Source of the DNA: Chloroflexota bacterium
Lineage (GTDB): Bacteria > Chloroflexota > Anaerolineae > 4572-78 > J111
Assembly (NCBI GenBank): GCA_020049115.1
Contig: JAIFLK010000258.1
Coordinates: forward strand, 1 to 20,220
DNA length: 20,220 nt
Direction of reading: 5' to 3'
How positions within the stretch are numbered: the first letter of the stretch is position 1; each line of letters begins with the position of its first letter. Shown one piece after another: positions 7,784 through 14,937 of the stretch. The notes under the pieces were generated by a model. That model was not told where the DNA came from and did not search any database. It was given only the letters and a program-made list of their open reading frames with translations. The translations under genes and the position numbers were made by a program.

Positions 7784-7828
7784 GGTAGATAATACTATTT
7801 CATTATTTTTTGTCGGGGGTTCTTTCTA

Positions 7829-8707
7829 ATGAAGCTAACAAGTCGGTTCGTCCCATTAATATTGGCACTATTGTTCATGGTCGCCACCCAACCCTTCACC
7901 CAAGCACAAGGCGAATTGCCCTCGGTGCGGGTCGTTCACACCTCACCCGATGCGCCACCGTTTGATGTGTTAGCCAACGGCAGGTTGACCTTTCCCCAAG
8001 TGAAATATGGCACGGCTTCGGACTATCGCCCCTTTAATGCGGGCAATTATAACCTATTACGGGTATTGACGACAGGCTTAACCTCCACCGCTGTCTTAAC
8101 GATGGGCCTTGATTTGAGTTTCAATACTCATTATAGTGTCTTAATGTTAGGGCGTGCCACCAATTTGAGCGCGCTCACATTGGTCGATGACCCCATCATG
8201 CCGCCGCTAGGTCAAGCTAAATTACGTTTTGTTCATGCTGCCCCTGATGCCCCTGCCGTAGACATTGCGCTTCGAAATGGGCGAGTGCTGTTTAGTAATG
8301 TGGCTTATAAGTGGATTGGGGCTTATCAAACGGTGGCCGCGGGAACGTATGATTTAGAAATTCGTGTGGCTGGCACAACCCAAATTATTACGACAATTCC
8401 CCAGGTACAATTAAATTCCGCCACCGTCCACACCATGTTAGCCATTGGCCTATTATCAGGCCCGCAGCCAGGTCTTAACGTACTTTTGTTAAATGATGTT
8501 TCTAGTGGCTTAACCCCGCCCATGGAGTCCAAATCTTTAGATTTGACTGCGCCACATTACTATTATCACAACTACACCCCCGCCGACCTGAACCAGTATC
8601 CACCGCCCGTTTATTATCAACCCCAGGAAATACACCCCCTGAATTATTACGAAGTTGCTCCCAATTCCGCCTATCCCCCTCCGTGTCCTACCAGGCGTTG
8701 TTGGTAA
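7829..8707 (+). CDS. Secreted DUF4397 domain protein
   Basis: Signal peptide 'LILALLFMVATQPFTQAQG'. The repeats 'VRVVHTSPDAPPFDVLANG' and 'LRFVHAAPDAPAVDIALRNG' match the DUF4397 signature (VR.VHASPDAP.VDV..DG). The C-terminus is Pro/Tyr-rich. Confidence 0.65.
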   Translation: MKLTSRFVPLILALLFMVATQPFTQAQGELPSVRVVHTSPDAPPFDVLANGRLTFPQVKYGTASDYRPFNAGNYNLLRVLTTGLTSTAVLTMGLDLSFNTHYSVLMLGRATNLSALTLVDDPIMPPLGQAKLRFVHAAPDAPAVDIALRNGRVLFSNVAYKWIGAYQTVAAGTYDLEIRVAGTTQIITTIPQVQLNSATVHTMLAIGLLSGPQPGLNVLLLNDVSSGLTPPMESKSLDLTAPHYYYHNYTPADLNQYPPPVYYQPQEIHPLNYYEVAPNSAYPPPCPTRRCW

Positions 8708-8718
8708 ACTTGTTAAAT

Positions 8719-8751
8719 AGACCTCACAGGTTTTTAAAACCTGTGAGGTCT
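8719..8751. repeat. Hairpin agACCTCACAGGTTT-tta-AAACCTGTGAGGTct, a variant subfamily sharing the AGGTT…AACCT inner core
   Basis: Perfect 15-bp arms, 12 bp after the DUF4397 stop. A sister copy lies at 14671-14703. Confidence 0.75.
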
Positions 8752-8779
8752 GGTAACGTAAGTTCTATAGGAATAAACT

Positions 8780-9487
8780 ATGACCATCCCCATGTGGATG
8801 CAAGCAAATGCCTGGCGCGAGATTTTTGCTCGTGCCTTTGAAAATTGGCCTGTTCAAGTCAACATCTCCCCCGAATGGCTCATTAATCCTGAGACTCATC
8901 GGCGGCTGAAATTAGATTTATTTTACCCTGATGCTCAGATCGCGGTGCGTTTTGAGGGGATACAGCCCGAAAAGCGGAAAGCCCGCCCTAGCTTAGAGGA
9001 AGAAGAACAACAACGCGCCCGCGAGACCGCGAGAGTGGAGGTTTGCCGTGAGCATGGCGTTCATTTATTGTTACTTGATGCCGCCTCAGAGGAAATTGCG
9101 GATGAGTTCCTACAAGTAGACCTCATTTTGAGCCAAGCCCAACGCGCCCTTACCGATGTAACCTGGCAAGAAAATATCAAGACCGCCCGCTTCAAAATCG
9201 CCCAAATTGGGCGACCTTTAACCCAAATTAACTCTCTTAAAACGTATGCCGATTTATGGGAAGACCGCCAATTTCAAATGGCACTCCCTCAAGAAAATCA
9301 AAAACCTGCTGCCGCCCCCACCATTTTTACCGTGGGCATGGATGTCAATCATCAGCTATTTGGCCTCGGTACAATTTTACAAGTTGAGCCAAGTGCCTCC
9401 GATGTTATCCTCACGGTGGATTTTTTGGAAGCGGGTAAAAAGATGTTTGCGGCCAGTTTAGTGGCAGATAAATTGAATACATTGTAG
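8780..9487 (+). CDS. Hypothetical protein: N-terminal DUF559/Vsr-like restriction-endonuclease-fold motif and C-terminal UvrD-C/DUF3553-like (Tudor-like) motif
   Basis: 'LKLDLFYPDAQIAVRFEGIQPEK…RETARVEVCREHGVHLL' resembles the DUF559 pattern (D.y.P.…lAiE.DG…). The C-terminal 'FTVGMDVNHQLFGLGTILQVEPSASDVILTVDFLEAGKKMF' resembles the UvrD C-terminal / DUF3553 pattern (G.rV.H..FG.G.v…V.F…G.K.l). Both are weak motif-level matches. Confidence 0.4.
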   Translation: MTIPMWMQANAWREIFARAFENWPVQVNISPEWLINPETHRRLKLDLFYPDAQIAVRFEGIQPEKRKARPSLEEEEQQRARETARVEVCREHGVHLLLLDAASEEIADEFLQVDLILSQAQRALTDVTWQENIKTARFKIAQIGRPLTQINSLKTYADLWEDRQFQMALPQENQKPAAAPTIFTVGMDVNHQLFGLGTILQVEPSASDVILTVDFLEAGKKMFAASLVADKLNTL

Positions 9488-9508
9488 GGGCTGAAAATCT
9501 TCAGCCCC
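9487..9508 (+). terminator. GC-rich stem-loop (ggggctgaa-aatc-ttcagcccc) immediately after the 8780..9487 stop
   Basis: Perfect 9-bp stem overlapping the stop codon. The downstream U-tract is weak (ctgtttatttggtttt). Confidence 0.4.
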
Positions 9509-9566
9509 CACTGAACTGTTTATTTGGTTTTATACTGCGTACCGAATGAAAATGGCACTTTTGGCG

Positions 9567-9617
9567 TAGGAGTCCGCAATTATTTGCGGGCTGTCCGCAA
9601 AGGATTGCGGACTCCTA
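9567..9617. repeat. Palindrome gtaggagtccgcaat…attgcggactccta with a nested hairpin gcggg-ctgt-ccgc; a partial direct copy lies at 9828-9853 (gtaggagtccacaattccttgtggg)
   Basis: 14-bp perfect inverted arms. The partial copy is ~80% identical over 25 bp and sits 36 bp before the 9889 start codon. Confidence 0.6.
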
Positions 9618-9639
9618 ATCATCATAAAAGTGTAAGTCT

Positions 9640-9745
9640 CAAACGAAATGCAGTATAGTACATGGTCAGACAAGAATGTCCGACCTACCGACGGTAGAAC
9701 AGACATTCTTGTCTGTTCGGATATGCTAGAAATTAAATAAATAGT
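9640..9745. mobile_element. Degenerate single-unit copy of the 7481-7667 MITE-like element, in opposite orientation
   Basis: 'gtcagacaagaatgtccgacctaccgacggtagaacagacattcttgtctgttcggatat' is ~90% identical to the reverse complement of 7524-7583. The flank 'gctagaaattaaataaatag' resembles the reverse complement of the element-1 terminal repeat. Confidence 0.5.
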
Positions 9746-9888
9746 CCCCTACGTATAGATTTAAGTTAACAATTGTTAAGCTACTTGGCAAAATAAGCCG
9801 CTAATTATATAATAGGGGGAAATATGTAGGAGTCCACAATTCCTTGTGGGCAGTTCCCTCATAACCGCGCCTAATGGAGAAGTAAATT

Positions 9889-10980
9889 ATGTTATGGCAA
9901 AGCTACTATACCCCTGAATCGCTTGATGAAGTTTTAGACTTGCTGGCAGAACATCGTGAAAAAGGGCCTCGTTTATTGGCTGGCGGCACGGATTTAATGG
10001 TTGAAATTGAGCGTAGCCAGCAACCCCCCAAAATTGTCATTGATGTAAGTTGTATCCCTGGTTTAGATACTATTTGGCAAGATGAACAAAAAAATATCCA
10101 TTTAGGGCCATTAGCCACCCATAATCAAGTGGTTGGCTCTAAATTATGTGTCCAAAAAGCCTTCCCTCTTGCCCAAGCATGTTGGCAAGTCGGCTCACCC
10201 CAAATTCGTAATCGTGGCACGGTGGCGGGCAATATCGTAACCGCGTCGCCCGCGAATGATACCATTACGCCTCTCGTGGCTTTGGGCGCGACCCTGACCC
10301 TGAAAAGTGTGCGCGGCAGTCGCGCCGTCAAAATTGATGAATTTTTCAAAGGGGTGCGCTCAACGGTGCTAGAACCTGATGAAATGGTGGTTGATATTAG
10401 CTTTCCCGCGCTCAATGGCTACGAAATCGGCACATTTATTAAGGTTGGCTTGCGGCGCGCTCAGGCTATTTCCGTGGTAAACATTGCGGTAGTTTTGGGC
10501 ATGTTCGCCGATACCATTACTCGCGCTCGGATTGCTTTTGGTAGCGTTGCCCCAACGATTATCCGCTCTTTTGATGCGGAACGCTTTTTGAGTGGCAAAG
10601 TGATGACCCAAGAGGTCATTGACCGTGTGGGGGCGATTGCCGAGCAAACCATTTTTCCCATTAGTGATGTGCGCGGTTCCGCCGAATATCGCCGTTATAT
10701 GGTTAAAACCGTGACCCGCCATGCGCTGCAATCTCTCAGCCAAGGCACCGAGTCGGACATCTTTCCGCCCAAACCCGTTATGTTATGGGGCAAAACTAAT
10801 GGCTCATTTAAGCCGCATGAGGGTGGTTCAGTGGTGCATACGGTGGATAAAAATGAGCCGATTAGCACCACTATTAATGGTCAACCGCAGGCGATTAGCG
10901 GGGCAAATGGCAAAACCCTCCTCCGCATGTTACGCGAAAACGCGAACTTGACTGGTACGAAAGAGGGTTCGCGAACTTGA
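9889..10980 (+). pseudogene. Xanthine-dehydrogenase-family FAD-binding subunit (CoxM/XdhB-like). Its 3' end already encodes the start of the [2Fe-2S] domain; it is truncated by a frameshift from a 29-bp tandem duplication
   Basis: FAD_binding_5 motifs are present ('LLAGGTDLMVE', 'GTVAGNIVTASPANDTITPLVALGATL') and the CO-dehydrogenase flavoprotein C-terminal region is present ('RGSAEYRRYMVKTVTRHAL'). The tail '…[33 protein letters not shown]' corresponds to the N-terminus of the 2Fe-2S small subunit and then runs into SRT-stop. Confidence 0.7.
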
Positions 10981-10998
10981 CTGGTACGAAAGAGGGTT
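10941..10998 (+). repeat. Exact 29-bp tandem duplication (cgcgaacttgactggtacgaaagagggtt ×2) inside the fused FAD/[2Fe-2S] gene
   Basis: Positions 10941-10969 are identical to 10970-10998. 29 is not a multiple of 3. Deleting one copy reads through in frame as …[18 protein letters not shown]…. Confidence 0.9.
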
Positions 10999-11369
10999 GC
11001 GCCGAGGGCGAATGTGGGGCCTGTACGGTGATGTTAGATGGCATTGCAGTGGATAGCTGCCTCGTGCCAGCCCCGCGCGCCCATCAAAGTGAGATTGTTA
11101 CGATTGAAGGATTGGCGCAAGGTGAAACCCTGCATCCTGTTCAACAGGCATTTATTGATGAAGGCGCGGTGCAATGTGGTTACTGTACGCCAGGCTTTTT
11201 GATGAGTGGAGCTAATTTGATGGAAGAACGTAAACGCCCGACTCATGATGATATTAAGCAAGCCATTACGGGTAATTTGTGTCGCTGTACGGGATATTAC
11301 AAAATATTGCAAGCGTTAGAGCAATCCTGTGGCGTGGTTTCGGCCAAGCCTAGAATGAAGCATAATTAA
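10977..11369 (+). pseudogene. [2Fe-2S]-binding small-subunit (CoxS/XdhC-like) portion of the disrupted fused gene; the ORF begins at TTG and lacks its own N-terminal ~35 residues
   Basis: Plant-ferredoxin-type motif C-x4-C-x2-C-x11-C ([22 protein letters not shown]) and the second cluster CGYCTPGF…CRCTGY are present. The N-terminal β-grasp residues are encoded in the upstream ORF. Confidence 0.7.
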
Positions 11370-11406
11370 AATTTGGGTAGCTGATTTATGACTGTAAGGA
11401 GGTATT

Positions 11407-12330
11407 ATGACCACATTAACGCTAGAAATGGCTGAGACCACGAATTTAACTGAAACACCCTCTGACCCATACCTTTACGGTTGGCGACAGGTGACGCGTT
11501 ACGCGCCTGATGGGGAGATGGTGTTTGTGCTTCAGCCCTTAACCTTAGATGATATATTACACCCCCAAGAGGATGACCAACGGATGCACGCGCCTTACCA
11601 TGAACGAATTTGTCGTTATTTAGCCGATGTTTTTGCAACCTATTTAGCCCATGACCCGACTGTTCAGGTCTTTACTGATTTGCGGGTGGCGTGGAATCAT
11701 CCTTACATTGACCCGCATACACCTGATATTTCGGTGGTCTTTGGGGTGAATAATCAGGGGCAGGAATGGACTACTTTTTATGAAGCCAAAGAGGGAACGC
11801 GGCCAACTTTGGTGGTAGAAGTGACCTCACCCTCCACGCGATTGTTAGATTTGGTGGATAAGTTTGACGAGTATGAGCGCGTTGGCTTAGAGTATTACAT
11901 TATTATTGACCGTGTTAAACAGCGCAGTAATGTACAACGGCGAGTGTTAGGGTTTCATTGGACACCACAGGGTTATGAAAAGTTACCTTTGAATGAACAA
12001 GGTTGGTTGTGGTTAGAGCCTGTGCGGGTTTGGGTCACTTGGGAAGACGATGAAATAGTTTGTTATGATGAACAAGGCAAATCTATTCCTAATTATCTCG
12101 CTGTAACCCAGGCCTGGGTTGAAGCGGAGGCTAAAGCTGAGGCGGAGGCTACGGCGCGGGTTGAAGCGGAGGCTAAAGCTGAGGCGGCGGCTACGGCGCG
12201 AGTTGAAGCGGAATCTAAGGCGCATGCAGCGGAGGCCAAAGCTGAATCCGAAGTTAAAGCGCGGGTTGAACTTGAAGCCCGTTTACAACAGCTTGAAGCG
12301 GAGTTGCGCCGTTTACAAGGCAATAGTTAA
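11407..12330 (+). CDS. Uma2-family (DUF820) restriction-endonuclease-like protein with a C-terminal Ala/Glu/Lys-rich coiled-coil repeat extension
   Basis: 'RPTLVVEVTSPSTRLLDLVDKFDEYERVGLEYYIIIDR' matches the Uma2 core (P.l.vEV.SpsT…D…K…Y…Gv.EYwivD). There is a strong RBS aaggaggt 6 nt upstream. The C-terminal repeats are (VEAEAKAEAEATAR)n and end in LQQLEAELRRLQ. Confidence 0.7.
   Translation: MTTLTLEMAETTNLTETPSDPYLYGWRQVTRYAPDGEMVFVLQPLTLDDILHPQEDDQRMHAPYHERICRYLADVFATYLAHDPTVQVFTDLRVAWNHPYIDPHTPDISVVFGVNNQGQEWTTFYEAKEGTRPTLVVEVTSPSTRLLDLVDKFDEYERVGLEYYIIIDRVKQRSNVQRRVLGFHWTPQGYEKLPLNEQGWLWLEPVRVWVTWEDDEIVCYDEQGKSIPNYLAVTQAWVEAEAKAEAEATARVEAEAKAEAAATARVEAESKAHAAEAKAESEVKARVELEARLQQLEAELRRLQGNS
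12118..12290 (+). repeat. Tandem ~54-bp coding repeats (gaagcggaggctaaagctgaggcggaggctacggcgcgggtt…) encoding the Uma2 C-terminal coiled-coil
   Basis: Near-identical units are visible at 12118-12171 and 12166-12219, with degenerate units after. Confidence 0.6.
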
Positions 12331-12336
12331 ATGGTC

Positions 12337-12369
12337 AGCCCTTATAAGGTTTTGAACCTTATAAGGGCT
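12337..12369. repeat. TTATAAGG-family hairpin (agcccTTATAAGGtt-ttg-aaCCTTATAAgggct) between the Uma2 gene and the molybdopterin subunit gene
   Basis: Perfect 15-bp arms. The outer arms are identical to the 1729 copy, while the inner core is the AGGTT/AACCT variant. Confidence 0.8.
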
Positions 12370-12427
12370 TAAAGTTGTCTGTGGCGATTTTTTTGAAAAT
12401 CCTAAAATTATTTATAAGTAGGTCAAC

Positions 12428-14662
12428 ATGAGCAATCAACTCATTGGCACATCTATCAAACGAATCGATGCACGCGGCAAGGTCACAGGGGAGGCCATTT
12501 ACCCTGGTGACCGTAATTTTGGCGATGAATTGTGGCTTAAAATACTCTTCGCCCGCCGCCCCCATGCCCGCGTGGTCAAAATTAATACTAAAGCTGCCGA
12601 AACGTTGCCTGGTGTATTGGGCATTTTAACGGCCAAAGATGTCCCCGTCAATCAATATGGTTTGCAAGTCCCTGACCAACCCGTTTTATGCGGCCCTGGC
12701 TCCAATAAAAAAGGGGGCGATATTGTGCGCTTTATCGGCGACCATGTGGCGGTGGTGATTGCGGAAACGGAAGAAATTGCCACCAAAGCCCGCGATTTAA
12801 TTCGGGTGGAGTATGAGGATTTGCCCGTAGTTTATAATGCGGAATATGCCATGTCAGGGCAAGCCCCACAGTTGCACCCCAATGTGGCGAAAAATATCGC
12901 GGCTTATCAGCGTATTCGCAAAGGCGATACGGACGCGGCCTGGAATGAATGTAATATTATTATTGAAGGGACGTATCAAACACCATTTCAGGAACATGCC
13001 TATTTACAGCCCGAAGCGGGTACGGCTTACATGGACGCTGAGGGACGGATTACAGTACATTGCGCGGGGCAATGGACATGGGAAGACCAACAGCAAATCG
13101 CCCATGCTTTGGATTTGCCACCCGATAAAATTCGGGTGATTTATGATGCCATTGGTGGGGCATTTGGTGGCCGCGAAGATATGAGTGTGCAAATCGTTTT
13201 GGCTCTGGCCGTTTTGCGGATGTATCAACGGCATGGCAATCGCCGCCCCGTTAAAATTATTTGGACGCGCGAAGAGTCCATGATTGGTCACTGCAAACGT
13301 CATCCCATGCTTTTTCGCACGAAATGGGGCGCGAAACGGGACGGTAAATTGGTGGCGGCGGAGGTGGAAATTATTGCCGATGGCGGCGCGTACATGTACA
13401 CGAGTAACAAAGTGTTAGGCAATGCCGTTATGTGTTGCACGGGGCCGTATGAATTTAGCCATGTCAAAGTGGACGCGTACGCGGTTTATACCAATAATTT
13501 GGTGTCGGGCGCATTTCGCGGGTTTGGTGCGCCGCAAGCCCATTTTGTGGCGGAAATGCAAATGAATAAATTGGCCGAGAAAATGGGTAAAGACCCCGTA
13601 GAAGTACGGCTGAAAAATTTGCTCACCGTTGATTCTACGCTGTCCGTTGGCACGACTATCCCTGGCGGAGTCAGTTTGGAGAAGGTGCTGCGGGAGGCCG
13701 CTTGGCAATCTAACTGGCGCAGTCGGGTTGGCCCGCGCGGGGAGAATGACCCTGATTTTCCTGATGAGTTGCCGCGTTTAGTGAAGGGCAGTGGCGTGGC
13801 AGTGGCCTTCAAAAATATCGGCTTTAGCTTGGGCTATCAAGAAAATAGCTGGGCGGGGGTTGAATTTCATGGCGAAAGCGATATTGAGCAAGTGATTGTT
13901 AAAATTGCGGGGGCAGATGTGGGGCAGGGGCATCACACGGTCATGGCGCAAATCGCGGCTGAGGTTGCGGGGGTGGGCATGGATAAAGTGAAGGTTGAGG
14001 CTTCCGATACCGCGTTTACCGAAAGTTCTGGCAGTGCGAGTGCGTCGCGCCTCACCTTTATGGCGGGTAATGCAGTTAAAGAGGCGGCGCAATTTGCGCT
14101 CAAGAAATGGCGGTCAGAAGAGCGTCCTGCCATTGCCGAGGCCACCTGGCTTGCCCCGAAAACCACCCCCTTTGACCCACAAACGGGGCATAGTTTACCC
14201 AACTTTGCGTATGGTTATGTGGCGCAGGTGGTGGAGGTGTTGGTGGATACCGAGACGGGCAGTATTACGGTGCAACGGGTGGTTTGCGCCGATGACGTGG
14301 GCAAGGCGATTAACCCTGAGCAAATTATCGGGCAAATTGAGGGCGGGATTGTGCAGGCGCATGGGTATGCGCTGTTGGAAGATTTTCGCATGGACAAGGG
14401 GCAGGTTTTAACGCCCAATTTCACTACCTATCTTATCCCTGGGGTGTATGATATTCCGAAACAAATTGTCCCCATTATTGTGGAAGACCCACATCCCCAA
14501 GGCCCCTTTGGGGCGCGTGGCATGGCCGAAATGCCGATGATTCCATACACGCCCGCCGTCGCTGCCGCCGTATTTGATGCCATTGGTATTTGGTTTGATG
14601 AGTTTCCTTTGACCCCAGAACGGGTTTTACGGGGGCTAGGCAAGGTGCGGAGTCGGCTGTAA
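12428..14662 (+). CDS. Xanthine dehydrogenase / aldehyde oxidase family molybdopterin-binding large subunit
   Basis: 744-aa ORF. N-terminal a/b-hammerhead region 'IGTSIKRIDARGKVTGEAIYPGD'. The active-site segment 'SGAFRGFGAPQ' matches the XDH/AOX 'AFRGFGGPQ' motif rather than the CODH AYRCSFR or AYRGAGR loops. Confidence 0.8.
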   Translation: MSNQLIGTSIKRIDARGKVTGEAIYPGDRNFGDELWLKILFARRPHARVVKINTKAAETLPGVLGILTAKDVPVNQYGLQVPDQPVLCGPGSNKKGGDIVRFIGDHVAVVIAETEEIATKARDLIRVEYEDLPVVYNAEYAMSGQAPQLHPNVAKNIAAYQRIRKGDTDAAWNECNIIIEGTYQTPFQEHAYLQPEAGTAYMDAEGRITVHCAGQWTWEDQQQIAHALDLPPDKIRVIYDAIGGAFGGREDMSVQIVLALAVLRMYQRHGNRRPVKIIWTREESMIGHCKRHPMLFRTKWGAKRDGKLVAAEVEIIADGGAYMYTSNKVLGNAVMCCTGPYEFSHVKVDAYAVYTNNLVSGAFRGFGAPQAHFVAEMQMNKLAEKMGKDPVEVRLKNLLTVDSTLSVGTTIPGGVSLEKVLREAAWQSNWRSRVGPRGENDPDFPDELPRLVKGSGVAVAFKNIGFSLGYQENSWAGVEFHGESDIEQVIVKIAGADVGQGHHTVMAQIAAEVAGVGMDKVKVEASDTAFTESSGSASASRLTFMAGNAVKEAAQFALKKWRSEERPAIAEATWLAPKTTPFDPQTGHSLPNFAYGYVAQVVEVLVDTETGSITVQRVVCADDVGKAINPEQIIGQIEGGIVQAHGYALLEDFRMDKGQVLTPNFTTYLIPGVYDIPKQIVPIIVEDPHPQGPFGARGMAEMPMIPYTPAVAAAVFDAIGIWFDEFPLTPERVLRGLGKVRSRL

Positions 14663-14670
14663 GTTTAGTA

Positions 14671-14703
14671 AGACCTACAAGGTTTTAGAAACCTTGCAGG
14701 TCT
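14671..14703. terminator. Hairpin agACCTACAAGGTTT-tag-AAACCTTGCAGGTct (one A/C mismatch), 8 nt after the stop of the molybdopterin subunit and followed by T-rich sequence; sister of the 8719 hairpin
   Basis: Inverted repeat with 14/15 pairing, followed by taggtttta. Confidence 0.5.
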
Positions 14704-14728
14704 TAGGTTTTAACTGAAAGTTGCTAGT

Positions 14729-14756
14729 TTGACAAAATTAGGATTCAGGCTATAAT
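14729..14756 (+). promoter_or_regulatory. Consensus sigma70 promoter TTGACA-16-TATAAT driving tRNA-Leu
   Basis: TTGACA at 14729-14734 and TATAAT at 14751-14756 with a 16-bp spacer. The tRNA 5' end at 14770 is 13 nt downstream of the -10. Confidence 0.75.
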
Positions 14757-14769
14757 CCAATAGATATTC

Positions 14770-14850
14770 GCCTCGGTGGCGGAACGGCATACGCAGCAGG
14801 TTGAGGGCCTGTGCCCGATGGGCGTGAGAGTTCAAATCTCTCCCGAGGCA
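14770..14850 (+). tRNA. tRNA-Leu (anticodon GAG), class II with long variable arm
   Basis: Acceptor stem GCCTCGG/CCGAGGC with discriminator A. D-arm GCG(G)…CGC. Anticodon stem GCAGG/CCTGT with loop TTGAGGG. Variable arm GCCC-gat-GGGC. T-arm GAGAG-TTCAAAT-CTCTC. No CCA is encoded. Confidence 0.8.
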
Positions 14851-14866
14851 TCTATATAAAACAACG

Positions 14867-14894
14867 AACCCCCTATTACGGGGGTTTTTTGTTT
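14867..14894 (+). terminator. Intrinsic terminator after tRNA-Leu (aaCCCCC-tattac-GGGGGtttttt)
   Basis: 5-7-bp GC stem followed by T6 and gtttt. Confidence 0.75.
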
Positions 14895-14903
14895 TGCTTA
14901 AAC

Positions 14904-14937
14904 AAAAGAGGTTGACGTATTTGCGTCAACCTCTTTT
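14904..14937. terminator. Bidirectional intrinsic terminator, perfect 14-bp-stem hairpin (aaaagaggttgacg-tatttg-cgtcaacctctttt), serving the convergent 14968..18270 gene and the tRNA
   Basis: The arms are exact reverse complements, with an A-run on the 5' side and a T-run on the 3' side so each strand gets a U-tail. It lies between convergent transcription units. Confidence 0.7.

Noticed and set aside
10978-10980. Programmed frameshift or selenocysteine recoding at the TGA that ends the FAD-subunit ORF
   Set aside because: No slippery heptamer and no SECIS-like hairpin are evident. The perfect 29-bp tandem duplication is a simpler explanation.
10977-11369. Treating the [2Fe-2S] ORF as an independent small-subunit gene using a TTG start
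   Set aside because: Its N-terminal ferredoxin-fold residues are encoded at the 3' end of the upstream ORF, and the junction is an exact 29-bp duplication. A single frameshifted fused gene explains both.
12013-12355. ORFs 12013..12225 (-), 12093..12323 (-) and 12119..12355 (+), which are Arg/Lys-rich
   Set aside because: They are alternative frames of the tandem 54-bp coiled-coil repeats at the 3' end of the Uma2 gene. Periodic DNA keeps all frames open.
13004-14643. Numerous 60-140-aa ORFs on both strands inside 12428..14662
   Set aside because: They lie fully inside the well-supported 744-aa molybdopterin-subunit gene. Their frames give biased, non-domain-like proteins.
12428-14662. Calling the large subunit a carbon-monoxide dehydrogenase (CoxL)
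   Set aside because: The active-site loop reads GAFRGFGAPQ, which is XDH/aldehyde-oxidase-like. It is neither the form I (AYRCSFR) nor the form II (AYRGAGR) CODH signature. The substrate stays unknown, so the generic xanthine-dehydrogenase-family label was used.
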